64,000 bases of DNA from Candidatus Omnitrophota bacterium (GCA_043797125.1 JAZDPX010000012.1:24376-88375), one strand, 5' to 3'. Positions 9,458 through 19,077 are shown, counted from the first letter of the stretch. Numbers and translations: made by a program. The notes: generated by a model not told the origin, from the sequence alone.

Positions 9458-10089
9458 CGTTTAATCCGCTTGAAGGCGTTTTAAAGTTCGTGTATAAATT
9501 AAAAATATACCAAAGGCTAATTCTTGCTTTGCTGACAATGTTTTTATGTTGCTATGCCGTGTATAATTCTCTTATTTCAGCGCAGCTTATTAATTTAAAT
9601 TCCATAAAAAAGCAGCTTATGGTGCAGGCAAACCTTATAGAGTCTAAGAGAGAGAAAACAAAACAGCTGCTGCAGCTCGAGGACGGTTATAATAAACTCC
9701 GCGAAGACATAAACAAAAAGAATATGAGATTTTTTAGCGACGAAGAAGCTATTGATTTTTTCAAAAATCTAAACAAATTAGTCGGTCAAGACTCCGGCAA
9801 CGAGCTCATTTTTATAAAGCCGCTGTCGGAAGATACTATCGGTGAATCATTGATAGACGGGGCCAGGTATATTTACAAAAGGTCAGATGTTCAGTTAATT
9901 ATAAGTGGAGGGTTTAGCTCCATATATGAACTTTTCAAGAAATTATCGGATTTTAATAAAGTTATTAGCATAAAGGATTTTGACATAGAACTCAAGCAGA
10001 GTGAAAACATGATGCTTAAATCTGATTTTGTCTTAAGTATATATATTTTAAGCCACAAGGAAGAAAAGACAATTGAAAACAACGCATAA
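9454..10089 (+). CDS. pilO: PilO-like inner-membrane pilus assembly protein
   Basis: N-terminal TM helix, coiled-coil region, position after pilMN. Call rests on architecture and position. Confidence 0.5.
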   Translation: MTFNPLEGVLKFVYKLKIYQRLILALLTMFLCCYAVYNSLISAQLINLNSIKKQLMVQANLIESKREKTKQLLQLEDGYNKLREDINKKNMRFFSDEEAIDFFKNLNKLVGQDSGNELIFIKPLSEDTIGESLIDGARYIYKRSDVQLIISGGFSSIYELFKKLSDFNKVISIKDFDIELKQSENMMLKSDFVLSIYILSHKEEKTIENNA

Positions 10090-10474
10090 AATAAATATTA
10101 GGTATTTAATCATTTTAATCGCCGTAGCAATGTTGGCTTGCGTTGTAAGCTTAGAAGGCGTATATTCGCAGGATACTGCAGAGAAACCCAAAAAGGAAGA
10201 TCTTGCACCCGATATATACGGCAGATACGACCCGTTTGCGCCAATAGGAATGGATTATAACGGTTCATCCGCTAATAAAATGCTGGGCCTTACTTTGGAA
10301 GGCGTGATAACCGGGTCTACAAAACCTCTTGCAATAATAAACAACACAATTGTAAAAGAAACCGACATAATAGAGGGTAAAAAAATTAAAAAGATTCAGA
10401 CAGATAGAATTACTATTGAAGATGAAAACGGCAAGGAACACGAACTTAAACTGTTTAAAGAAGAGGATAAATAG
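10073..10474 (+). CDS. pilP: PilP-like pilus assembly lipoprotein
   Basis: Signal or TM segment. YDPF motif (PilP-type RDPF hallmark) followed by a beta-rich C-terminus LTLEGVITG...AIINNTIV... Confidence 0.5.
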   Translation: MKTTHKINIRYLIILIAVAMLACVVSLEGVYSQDTAEKPKKEDLAPDIYGRYDPFAPIGMDYNGSSANKMLGLTLEGVITGSTKPLAIINNTIVKETDIIEGKKIKKIQTDRITIEDENGKEHELKLFKEEDK

Positions 10475-10485
10475 GGGGAGGGAGC

Positions 10486-10695
10486 ATGTTTATTTTTGGT
10501 TTAATAGGCATAGTAGCATTGGCTTTAGGAATACTGCATTTTACCAGCACGGATACAATATGTAAAATAGATGAAATCGGGAAAAAGGTTATCATTACCA
10601 TGGATAAGATGGTAAAAAAATACCCTAAAAGATTAGGCGTGCTTTACATTATTGCCGCTACTTTCCTGATTTATGTTGGCTTCTTTTTGAAATAA
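10486..10695 (+). CDS. small two-TM membrane protein, hypothetical
   Basis: 69-aa ORF with two hydrophobic helices. 3' end overlaps the convergent gene. No recognisable motif. Confidence 0.3.
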   Translation: MFIFGLIGIVALALGILHFTSTDTICKIDEIGKKVIITMDKMVKKYPKRLGVLYIIAATFLIYVGFFLK

Positions 10696-12785
10696 TTTAA
10701 AGCCTTGTATAGATTCAGCCTTGCCTGTACGTGATTCGGGTTAAGGCGCAGCGCCTTTCTCCAAAATTTAATCGCCTTATCTTGATTTCCGATAGCGTTG
10801 TATATTACCCCGATATTGTTATAAGCAAATGCCGACCCCGAATCAGAGCGTAAGATTGCCCTAAACGCTTTCAGAGAATCATTTATTTTTCCTTTTTCGT
10901 AAAATAAAAGCCCAAGCCTGCTAAAGGCCTCGGTATGATTGGGGTTTGCCTTGACAACTTTTAAGAACTCCTCAATTGCCTTATCGCTTTCGCGCTTTTT
11001 TTCGTATGCAAGCCCGAGGTTATAATGGATAAACGGGCTTTTTTGGTCCGCATTTTTTGCCTCTTCTAATACAGATATGGCCTCATCATACAGGCCGATT
11101 ATTCTTAGGAATTCCCCTTTCTTAAAAAGCGTAAACGGAAACAGCCCCTTTACTGCCTTTTGAGCAGGATATTGTTTAATTACTTCGTAGATATTAGGAT
11201 ATTTATTGATAATATCCCTGTTCGCAAAAGAATTTTTTACAAAGACGCAGGATATCTCGTCAAAAAAGACAAGCCTCCAGTCGCTATTGTTATAAATATA
11301 TTCCAGAAGCGCGTCAGAATCAATGTATATGCGGCTTAAAATTATATAATTTATGTCAAAACCTTTCGTCACCTTGTCAAATTCTTTAGGATGCGATGTT
11401 AAGTCCACGTAGCCTTTGTAGAATTTCGGGCCGTATACTTCGGTTCTGCCGTCGATAAACACCTTTCTTTCAGGGGTAAGCCGAAAGATAAGATAACCGC
11501 CTATTTCGTAGGCATTGAACATATTGCCTTTGATGTTATTTGCCAGGATAAAGCGAACAGCGTCCTTTGGATATTTTGCATCCAAATCCCCAAGCCCGAA
11601 ACTTCGCACTGTTTTTTCCCTGAAGCAATATCTTGGAGATGTGGCAATAAAAGTTAAAGAAAGCATGCCGGCGATAAGACATAGAAGCAGTAGTAATTCT
11701 AAAACCATAGGGGACAGTTTCCCGAACAATTTGGAAAGCGTCTCCCGAACAAATCGGAAAGCGTCTCCGGATTGAGCAGATTCAAAGTTAAGCATGGTAA
11801 TAGGAGCGGTGAGTATGGCAAAATCAATGATATTTCTATTGGCCTTAAACGAAAAGGCCAAAAAAATAGCGTAAATGATAAGGTGCGTAGGATTCAAGCG
11901 CTTGTAATTTAAAACAAAGCCGGCTAAAGATAAAAATATCAGAAGTTTATAATAAGGGTAAGGTTGTAATTTTAAGATATTGTAAATATTAAGAGGCGGC
12001 TGCAGCTCCGTGATGTATTTCATTATAACTTCCTGCCAGCCGCTGTTGTTTATGCCTGTTAATGTCAAAAACGGATACAAAGCCCCGGTTAAGCCGTTTG
12101 GATTTATCAGGCCTGCTAATATGGCTGCCGCTGCAACACGCAGCAGCGTATTAAGTTTTTCTCTTTTCATGCGCTGCAATGCCTCGCCGATTAAATAGGA
12201 GAGTATAAGTATTATCCCCATTAAAGAGCCGCCGTGCAGATTTGTCCAAACCATTTGCAAGACAGGCAGTAAAAAAATTAGTTTCGTATTTTTGTATTTA
12301 AAATTATGCAATATTGAAAAATATATAACAAGGAATAAGGAATTGAACATGAAGGGGCGCTCAAGAAATCTATGTTCTGAAGCCAAAACCGCCACGACCG
12401 TTAAAATCACAGAAACCAAATATAAATTCTTGCGAAAACAAACAGCAAAAACAATAAAAAACGCAGCGCCAAAAACAAGCGCCTTCAAAACCACGATGCC
12501 GCCCAAGCCAAAGCCCCTGAAAATTAAGAAAAGCAAGACATCAGCCAACCACTGATGGTTAACCCATCGATGGCCAGGCACTGTATATGAAAATATATCG
12601 ATTTTTGGGATAAAACCATTGGCTAATATATACTCCCCTGTTTTTAAGTGCCACCAGATGTCAAAATCCCTTATATTTTGAATTAACATGGCAGCTACAA
12701 ACGTAAAAAGCCCTAAAAATACAGCGTATTTCGCGGCCTTTAGCAAGACAGGCAGCCAAGGAAAGAAAAAATTTTGCTTTTTCAT
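10671..12785 (-). CDS. polytopic membrane protein (GT-C/PMT-like N-terminal domain) with C-terminal TPR repeats
   Basis: At least 10 predicted TM helices in the N-terminal 450 aa. The C-terminal 170 aa contain about four TPR units (NLGLAYEKK..., AFSRLGLLFYEKG..., AYNNIGVIYNAIG...). Confidence 0.7.
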   Translation of the reverse strand: MKKQNFFFPWLPVLLKAAKYAVFLGLFTFVAAMLIQNIRDFDIWWHLKTGEYILANGFIPKIDIFSYTVPGHRWVNHQWLADVLLFLIFRGFGLGGIVVLKALVFGAAFFIVFAVCFRKNLYLVSVILTVVAVLASEHRFLERPFMFNSLFLVIYFSILHNFKYKNTKLIFLLPVLQMVWTNLHGGSLMGIILILSYLIGEALQRMKREKLNTLLRVAAAAILAGLINPNGLTGALYPFLTLTGINNSGWQEVIMKYITELQPPLNIYNILKLQPYPYYKLLIFLSLAGFVLNYKRLNPTHLIIYAIFLAFSFKANRNIIDFAILTAPITMLNFESAQSGDAFRFVRETLSKLFGKLSPMVLELLLLLCLIAGMLSLTFIATSPRYCFREKTVRSFGLGDLDAKYPKDAVRFILANNIKGNMFNAYEIGGYLIFRLTPERKVFIDGRTEVYGPKFYKGYVDLTSHPKEFDKVTKGFDINYIILSRIYIDSDALLEYIYNNSDWRLVFFDEISCVFVKNSFANRDIINKYPNIYEVIKQYPAQKAVKGLFPFTLFKKGEFLRIIGLYDEAISVLEEAKNADQKSPFIHYNLGLAYEKKRESDKAIEEFLKVVKANPNHTEAFSRLGLLFYEKGKINDSLKAFRAILRSDSGSAFAYNNIGVIYNAIGNQDKAIKFWRKALRLNPNHVQARLNLYKALNYFKKKPT
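11690..11775. repeat. two tandem copies of a short dispersed repeat (TTTCCCGAACAA...GGAAAGCGTCTC) embedded in-frame in the TPR membrane protein gene
   Basis: gacagtttcccgaacaatttggaaagcgtctcccgaacaaatcggaaagcgtctcc. Its reverse complement matches 34967-35002 in the bio esterase-BioC gene at 31/33 nt. Confidence 0.5.
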
Positions 12786-12847
12786 TTTAATTATTTAGTA
12801 TATCATATATAGTAAGTTATGCAATGTAATATTGCCATTAGAAATCA

Positions 12848-12876
12848 TTGACAACACTAATGCGTTATGTTAGTAT
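12848..12876 (+). promoter_or_regulatory. sigma70-type promoter for the tRNA cluster
   Basis: TTGACA (12848-12853), 17-nt spacer, TAGTAT (12871-12876). The first tRNA begins at 12893. Confidence 0.5.
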
Positions 12877-12892
12877 ATCTGCTCATATATGA

Positions 12893-12968
12893 GCCCGCAT
12901 AGCTCAATTGGTAGAGCAGCGCCCTCTTAAGGCGAAGGTTCCAGGTTCGATTCCCGGTGCGGGTACCA
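12893..12968 (+). tRNA. tRNA-Lys (anticodon CUU)
   Basis: Cloverleaf by eye: acceptor GCCCGCA/TGCGGGT, D-arm GCTC/GAGC, anticodon loop CTCTTAA, T-loop TTCGATT, 3' CCA encoded. Confidence 0.9.
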
Positions 12969-13108
12969 TGAACCATTCGACAAAACCTTTGGTTTTGTCT
13001 CAGGTTCATGGCACAGCCATGAAAGTTTTGTCGAATGATGAATGCCCTGTACCCGAGCCCCGATGCTTCGGGGCGAGTGGTTCAGGGCAACCATGCTTGC
13101 TTGTATTC

Positions 13109-13193
13109 GCGGATGTGGCGAAATTGGCAGACGCGTGCGGCTTAGGACCGCATGGAGCAATCCATGGGGGTTCAACTCCCTCCATCCGCACCA
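13109..13193 (+). tRNA. tRNA-Leu (anticodon UAG), long variable arm
   Basis: Acceptor GCGGATG/CATCCGC, anticodon loop CTTAGGA, variable arm TGGAGCAATCCATG, T-loop TTCAACT, CCA encoded. Closely resembles canonical tRNA-Leu. Confidence 0.9.
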
Positions 13194-13232
13194 GCGAATT
13201 TTGCTACGCAAAATTTGTGAAACTAAAAAACG

Positions 13233-13307
13233 CGGGTGTAGCTCAGTTGGTAGAGCATTACGTTGCCAACGTAAATGTCGTCGGTTCGAACCCGATCACC
13301 CGCTCCA
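13233..13307 (+). tRNA. tRNA-Gly (anticodon GCC)
   Basis: Acceptor GCGGGTG/CACCCGC, anticodon stem TTACG/CGTAA with loop TTGCCAA, T-loop TTCGAAC, CCA encoded. Confidence 0.9.
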
Positions 13308-13339
13308 TCTTTACCAAAGCGAAAAGGAGCTAATCAAAA

Positions 13340-13804
13340 ATGCAGATAAAAGATTTTTTAGATCCAAAGGCGATAAATATTGATTTGAAAGCTGACACCA
13401 AAGAGCATGTTATAAAGGAATTGCTTGATATGCTGGTTGAATCAGGCGCAATAAAAAACAAGGATAAACTCTTCAAGATCCTGATGAACCGGGAAGCGCT
13501 TGGCTCAACAGGCATAGGCCAAGGCGTAGGTATCCCCCACGGAAAGACAGATGCTGTTACAGACATAGTCGGCGCATTCGGCATTTCTAAAGCCGGCGTA
13601 GACTTTGATTCCCTTGATGGCGAACCCACCCATATATTTTTCCTGCTGTTGGCTCCGGAGGATACGGCAGGGCCGCACCTTAAAGCGCTGGCAAAAATAT
13701 CCCGCTTGCTTAAAGATAAATTTTTCCGGGATGAGCTTGTGAAAGCCGGCTCAAAGAAAGAAATTTTAGACATAATAAACGAAGAAGACAAGAGAAACCA
13801 GTAA
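13340..13804 (+). CDS. ptsN: PTS IIA-Ntr (nitrogen regulatory IIA protein), fructose-type EIIA
   Basis: PTS_EIIA_2 fold with phosphorylatable His in GVGIPHGKT. Clustered with yvcK, ptsH and ptsI. Confidence 0.8.
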   Translation: MQIKDFLDPKAINIDLKADTKEHVIKELLDMLVESGAIKNKDKLFKILMNREALGSTGIGQGVGIPHGKTDAVTDIVGAFGISKAGVDFDSLDGEPTHIFFLLLAPEDTAGPHLKALAKISRLLKDKFFRDELVKAGSKKEILDIINEEDKRNQ

Positions 13805-13826
13805 GAACCTTCTCTTAAAGCACATC

Positions 13827-15113
13827 ATGCGCAAAAGAAAAATAATTTCCAAAATAAGAAATATCTTAAAGCCGCTTAAATGGTTTTACCCTGGCATGAG
13901 GGTTAAGCGGTGGCTGCTTTTATCATTTATAGGCGTTATAATGATAGTTGCCGGAGGCCAGTTTTTATCGGGGCCTACGCCGGTCTTTCGCATGGTGGGA
14001 ATAATATATATGCTTGTCGGCATAATCGTTATTTTTTTTGGAATGAGAAAGATGGTGGCTTCTTTTATCACAATATTTTTGCCGGAGCACGAGCAGGATT
14101 TGGTTGATATCGTATATCAAAAGAGGCACTTAAGTAAAGGCCACAGAATAGCAGCGATTGGAGGCGGCACCGGGCTTTCAGTGCTTTTGCACGGGCTTAA
14201 ACGCCACACAAGCAATATTTCAGCCATAGTTACTGTTACTGATGAAGGAGGCTCATCAGGCAAATTACGCGAGGAATTCGGCATATTGCCTCCGGGAGAC
14301 ATAAGAAATTGCCTGGTGGCATTAGCAGATACAGAGCCTTTAATGAGCGATCTTTTTCAATACCGTTTTGACGGCGGATCATCGGCTTTGCAAGGGCATA
14401 GTTTTGGAAATATCTTTCTCCTTGCAATGAGCAAAGTTACAAAAGATTTTGAGGAGGCTGTCAAAGAATCAAGCAAGATCCTGGCGATAAGCGGACAGGT
14501 AATACCTTCGACATTAGAGAAGGTGCGCCTGCTCGCGGAATTTGAAGACGGGACAAAAGAATTGGGCGAAACGCGCGTCTCTAAAAACCAGAAGCCTATA
14601 AAGCGTATTTCGCTTATCCCTTTACATTCTAAGGCAACCAATAGCGCCACAGAAGCGATAAAGGCATCGGAGGTTGTAATACTCGGTCCGGGCAGCTTAT
14701 ATACAAGCGTGATACCAAATCTTTTGGTTGACGGAATATCAGACGCTATTTATAATTCAAGCGCTATCAAGATATATATATGCAATGTCATGACTCAAGC
14801 CGGCGAAACAGACAACTATAAAGCAAGCGACCATATTAAGGCATTGCTGGATAACACAAAACTCGGCAAAGTAGATTATGTAATAGTGAATAATGCCGGC
14901 GTGCCTAAAGAACTGCTTGCCAAATACCAAGAAAAGCAGGCTTACCCTGTTGAGCCTGACGCAGAAAATATCAGGGCCATGGGCATAACCCCGATAGAAG
15001 ATAATGTGATAGATGCAAGAGACTATGTAAGGCATAATCCAAACAGGCTGGCTAAGGCAATTGTGGATATAATTTCTATAGCCAAGACCGAGGCAGCGCA
15101 TCAGGAATATTAA
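13827..15113 (+). CDS. YvcK/UPF0052 gluconeogenesis-factor family protein with N-terminal two-TM extension
   Basis: IAAIGGGTGLSVLLHGLK...VTVTDEGGSSGKLR is the CofD/YvcK signature. The first ~95 aa contain two hydrophobic helices absent from typical YvcK. Confidence 0.8.
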   Translation: MRKRKIISKIRNILKPLKWFYPGMRVKRWLLLSFIGVIMIVAGGQFLSGPTPVFRMVGIIYMLVGIIVIFFGMRKMVASFITIFLPEHEQDLVDIVYQKRHLSKGHRIAAIGGGTGLSVLLHGLKRHTSNISAIVTVTDEGGSSGKLREEFGILPPGDIRNCLVALADTEPLMSDLFQYRFDGGSSALQGHSFGNIFLLAMSKVTKDFEEAVKESSKILAISGQVIPSTLEKVRLLAEFEDGTKELGETRVSKNQKPIKRISLIPLHSKATNSATEAIKASEVVILGPGSLYTSVIPNLLVDGISDAIYNSSAIKIYICNVMTQAGETDNYKASDHIKALLDNTKLGKVDYVIVNNAGVPKELLAKYQEKQAYPVEPDAENIRAMGITPIEDNVIDARDYVRHNPNRLAKAIVDIISIAKTEAAHQEY

Positions 15114-15118
15114 AATAT

Positions 15119-15430
15119 ATGGCAATAGAAAAAAAAGTAGTTATTAAGAACAAGCAAGGGCTTCACGCGCGCCCCGCAGCCACATTCGTGCAGATTGCAA
15201 ATAAATTTGAAAGCGAGATAATCGTAAAAAAGGACAACGAGGAGGTAAACGGTAAGTCCATTATGGGCATATTAATGCTGGCGGCTGAAGAAGGAAGCGT
15301 AGTCTATATAAGGGCGCAAGGCGTTGATTGCAAGGAGGCTGTTGAGGCGCTTGAGCAGATTTTAATAAACCAGACAGACGATATTAAGCAGCAAATAAAT
15401 AACAAGAAATACAAAGGAAAGAAACAATGA
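15119..15430 (+). CDS. ptsH: phosphocarrier protein HPr
   Basis: Active-site His in GLHARPAA and regulatory Ser in NGKSIMGIL. Confidence 0.85.
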   Translation: MAIEKKVVIKNKQGLHARPAATFVQIANKFESEIIVKKDNEEVNGKSIMGILMLAAEEGSVVYIRAQGVDCKEAVEALEQILINQTDDIKQQINNKKYKGKKQ

Positions 15431-17181
15431 TCACATTAAAGGGCATACCTGCCTCTCAACAGATATGCGTGGGCAAGGCATTTTTGTTTGACAGCCAGGA
15501 TGTTTCCGTTATAAAGAAAAAGATCAGCAAGGAAAGTATCCCTAAGGAAATCCTGCGTTTTGAAGAAGCGCTTATAAAAACCCGCTCCGAGATTATAAAG
15601 ATCCAGGAAAATATTTCCAAGGAAATGGGCGTTGAGCACGCCGAGATTTTTAATGCCCACCTTTTAGTCCTGGAAGACAGGATGATAATAGACGAAGTAA
15701 TTAATACGCTAAAAAGGGAATGTTACAACGTAGAATTTATATTTACCAAGCTGCTCAAGAAGTATATAGGCGTTTTCCAGAAGATGGACGACGAATACCT
15801 TAGGGAGCGGATAAGCGATATAGAAGACGTCGGCAAGAGAATGCTTAAAAACCTTATGGGCATAAAACGCCAGACCCTTGCCGATATAAAAGAAAAGGTT
15901 ATAGTGGTTGCGTATGATTTATCCCCGAGCGATACCGCCACCATGCACAAGAAAAATGTAATAGGTTTTATTACTGATATAGGCGGTAAGACCTCGCATA
16001 CGGCAATCATGGCTAAATCATTGGAAATAGCTGCGGTAGTAGGCCTTGAGACCGCAACAAAGGCAGTTAAAAACGACGATATATTAATAGTCGATGGTTT
16101 ATCCGGCGTTGTTTGGGTGAATCCCGATAAAAAGACCCTGCAGAAATACCAGAAGGAAAAGATAAGATATAAGAAAATAAACAAGGATTTGGAGGATTTA
16201 AAGGATCTGCCAAGCCAGACTAAAGACGGGCGGCGTATAGAAGTTTCTGCCAATATAGAATTTCCGGAAGAGGTGCCGTCTGTGATTTCACACGGAGCGG
16301 AGGGCATAGGCCTTTACAGGACGGAATATTTTTATATGTCCAGGCACGACCTGCCTTCGGAAGATGAACAATACCGCGCGTATAAAGACGTAGCAGTGAG
16401 GATGAAGCCCAATTCCGTAATTATCAGGACCCTGGACCTTGGGGGAGATAAATTTTTGTCTCAGCTTGAACTGGCAAAGGAAATGAATCCTTTCCTTGGC
16501 TGGAGGGCTATACGCTTAAGCCTTGCCAAGCCGGATTTATTTAAAATGCAGCTGCGCGCAATATTAAGGGCCTCAGCCTTCGGCAAAGTAAAGGTTATGT
16601 ATCCTATGATTTCCGGCGTTGAAGAGGTCGACGCTGCTAATAAACTGCTAAACGACGCAAAAAATGAACTTATAAATCAAAATATAGATTTCGATAAGAC
16701 AATACAGGTGGGCGCCATGATCGAAGTCCCATCAGCAGCGTTGATAGCGGATATTATTGCTAAAAGAGTGAGTTTTTTCAGCATAGGAACGAATGACCTT
16801 ATACAATACTCGCTAGCAGTGGACAGGGTGAATGAAAAAATAGCCTATCTCTACGAGCCCGTGCATCCGGCTGTGCTGCGCTTAATCAGGAATGTTGTTG
16901 ACGCCGCCCACAAAAACAATATTTGGGCCGGCATGTGCGGCGAAATGGCTGGGGAACCGGCATTTGTGCCTTTGCTGGTCGGATTAGGCCTGGATGAATT
17001 TAGCGTTCCGGCCGTATCCGTGCCGCAGATAAAGAATGTGATACGCTTAATAAATTACGAAGATTCCAAAAAATTGGCGGCAAAAGCCTTGCAGCTTTCA
17101 ACAGGAAAAGAGGTCGAGGCTTTATTGGCAGAGAGTTTCAGGGAAATTTTAAGTAAGACAGGTAAGAATGACAAAGAGTAA
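15427..17181 (+). CDS. ptsI: phosphoenolpyruvate-protein phosphotransferase (PTS enzyme I)
   Basis: PEP-utilizer motifs GGKTSHTAIMAKSLEIAAVVG, IGTNDLIQY and a PEP-binding TIM barrel. 584 aa. Confidence 0.9.
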   Translation: MITLKGIPASQQICVGKAFLFDSQDVSVIKKKISKESIPKEILRFEEALIKTRSEIIKIQENISKEMGVEHAEIFNAHLLVLEDRMIIDEVINTLKRECYNVEFIFTKLLKKYIGVFQKMDDEYLRERISDIEDVGKRMLKNLMGIKRQTLADIKEKVIVVAYDLSPSDTATMHKKNVIGFITDIGGKTSHTAIMAKSLEIAAVVGLETATKAVKNDDILIVDGLSGVVWVNPDKKTLQKYQKEKIRYKKINKDLEDLKDLPSQTKDGRRIEVSANIEFPEEVPSVISHGAEGIGLYRTEYFYMSRHDLPSEDEQYRAYKDVAVRMKPNSVIIRTLDLGGDKFLSQLELAKEMNPFLGWRAIRLSLAKPDLFKMQLRAILRASAFGKVKVMYPMISGVEEVDAANKLLNDAKNELINQNIDFDKTIQVGAMIEVPSAALIADIIAKRVSFFSIGTNDLIQYSLAVDRVNEKIAYLYEPVHPAVLRLIRNVVDAAHKNNIWAGMCGEMAGEPAFVPLLVGLGLDEFSVPAVSVPQIKNVIRLINYEDSKKLAAKALQLSTGKEVEALLAESFREILSKTGKNDKE

Positions 17182-17188
17182 TAAAACC

Positions 17189-17932
17189 ATGAAGGCATTA
17201 ATGCTGGCTGCGGGATATGCTACCAGATTATGGCCGCTTACTTTGGATAAACCAAAACCGCTCCTTCCTATCAAGGGAAAACCGATTATGGAATACAGTG
17301 TTGATAAAATTGCAAAAATTCCCGATATTGGCGCTGTATACGTAGTTACTAACAGCAAATTTGTAAAGAGTTTTCAGGGTTGGGCAAACGGTTATAAAAC
17401 AGATAAAAAGATTTTGGTAATAGACGATGAAATGAAGACCGTGGACCAACGCCGCGGCGCGATAGGCGACATACTATACAGCATCGAAAATAAAAAAATA
17501 AAAGATGATTTGTTGATAATTGCAGGCGATAATTTATTTAATTTTTCCATAAAGGATTTTATGGCATTTGCCGTTTCGCATAAGCCCTACGCAACCATAG
17601 GGGCCTTTGATGTAAAAGATTTTGAGCTTGCGAAAAATTACGGCATAATAAAAATCGATAAGAACGCGAAAATAATTAATTTTATTGAAAAGCCGAAGGA
17701 CCCGCCGTCTACACTGGCTGCGATGTGCCTGTATTTTATTCCGGCCGAGAAACTTTCGCTAATCAAAGAATATAAAAGCCAGGGTTCCCCCCTTGACCTT
17801 GCGGGAAATTTTATAAAATGGCTAAGCGAAAAAGAATCGGTATACGGTTATGTATTCACAGGAACGTGGATGGATATAGGAGACAAAGAAACGCTTAAAT
17901 ACGCCCAGGAAAACTATAAGGAGGAGCAATGA
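17189..17932 (+). CDS. sugar-phosphate nucleotidyltransferase (NTP_transferase family)
   Basis: [28 protein letters not shown] nucleotide-binding loop. Start taken at ATG 17189 (RBS AAAGAG upstream); the ORF-track start at 17168 overlaps ptsI. Confidence 0.7.
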   Translation: MKALMLAAGYATRLWPLTLDKPKPLLPIKGKPIMEYSVDKIAKIPDIGAVYVVTNSKFVKSFQGWANGYKTDKKILVIDDEMKTVDQRRGAIGDILYSIENKKIKDDLLIIAGDNLFNFSIKDFMAFAVSHKPYATIGAFDVKDFELAKNYGIIKIDKNAKIINFIEKPKDPPSTLAAMCLYFIPAEKLSLIKEYKSQGSPLDLAGNFIKWLSEKESVYGYVFTGTWMDIGDKETLKYAQENYKEEQ

Positions 17933-19077
17933 AACACAGTTATCTTTTTACTTCGGAGTCTGTGACAGAAGGGCACCCGGATAAAATCTGCGATCAGATC
18001 GCAGACGCCATACTAGATGCAATATACCAGAAAGATACAAAGGGCAGAGTTGCCTGCGAGGCCATGGTAACAACAGGTTTGGCAATGGTGGCTGGCGAGG
18101 TTACGACCTCCTGCTACGTTGAAATACCGAAGATTATAAGAAATACAATTAAAGAAATCGGCTATACAGATCCTGTATATGGTTTTGATCATTTGACCTG
18201 CGGCGTTATAACTTCAATTCAGGAACAATCGCCTGACATTGCGTTAGGGGTCGATACCGGAGGAGCAGGGGATCAAGGCATGATGTTCGGCTACGCCAGC
18301 AACGAAACCCCCGAATTAATGCCTTTACCCATAACTTTGGCTCACAAGATTACCAGGAGGCTGGCAAAGGTTCGCAAGGAGGGCGTATTAAAATATCTGC
18401 GTCCCGACGGCAAAAGCCAGGTTACGGTAGAGTATCATAAAGGAAACCCAAAAAGAATAGAGGCCATAGTAGTGAGCGCGCACCATGACCGAAAGGTTAA
18501 ATTAAATCAGATACGCGAGGACATAAAGAAACAGGTCATTAATGAAGTTATCCATCCGAAGTTGATGGATAAAAACACGAAGATATTTATTAATCCGACA
18601 GGCAGATTTGAGGTTGGCGGTCCGCAAGGCGACACGGGTGTTACAGGGAGAAAGATAATAGTAGATACCTATGGCGGGGTGGGAAGCCATGGCGGTGGCT
18701 GCTTTAGCGGAAAAGACCCGACCAAGGTTGACAGGTCAGCGTCTTACATGGCCAGATATGTCGCAAAAAATATAGTAGCAGCGGGCCTGGCAGACAAATG
18801 CGAAATACAGATTGCGTATGCCATAGGAGTTGCCGAACCGGTAAGCGTGATGGTGGGCACTCACAGGACGGGCAGAATAGATGATGGTAAAATAAAAAAA
18901 ATAGCCTTAGAGACATTTGACCTTACTCCTTCAGGTATCATTAAACATCTTAATTTAAGAAGGCCTATATATAAGCAGACCGCCAGCTACGGGCATTTCG
19001 GAAGAAAAGAACAGGATTTTACCTGGGAGTGGACGGACAAGGCAGCGGAGCTTAAGAGAAAAGCTAGCAGGATATAG
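17929..19077 (+). CDS. metK: S-adenosylmethionine synthetase
   Basis: [32 protein letters not shown] and other hallmark MetK motifs. Confidence 0.95.
   Translation: MKHSYLFTSESVTEGHPDKICDQIADAILDAIYQKDTKGRVACEAMVTTGLAMVAGEVTTSCYVEIPKIIRNTIKEIGYTDPVYGFDHLTCGVITSIQEQSPDIALGVDTGGAGDQGMMFGYASNETPELMPLPITLAHKITRRLAKVRKEGVLKYLRPDGKSQVTVEYHKGNPKRIEAIVVSAHHDRKVKLNQIREDIKKQVINEVIHPKLMDKNTKIFINPTGRFEVGGPQGDTGVTGRKIIVDTYGGVGSHGGGCFSGKDPTKVDRSASYMARYVAKNIVAAGLADKCEIQIAYAIGVAEPVSVMVGTHRTGRIDDGKIKKIALETFDLTPSGIIKHLNLRRPIYKQTASYGHFGRKEQDFTWEWTDKAAELKRKASRI

Noticed and set aside
10073-10695. A PilQ secretin expected after pilP.
   Set aside because: The only ORFs here are a 133-aa PilP-like protein and a 69-aa two-TM peptide. 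Neither has secretin length or motifs. The absence is reported as a finding instead.
12908-13383. Four overlapping six-frame ORFs (12908-13333 +, 12927-13211 -, 13006-13191 -, 13042-13383 +).
   Set aside because: They run straight through three well-formed tRNA genes and the structured spacer. They have low-complexity Arg/Pro/Gly-rich translations and no RBS. They are artefacts of the GC-rich tRNA sequence.
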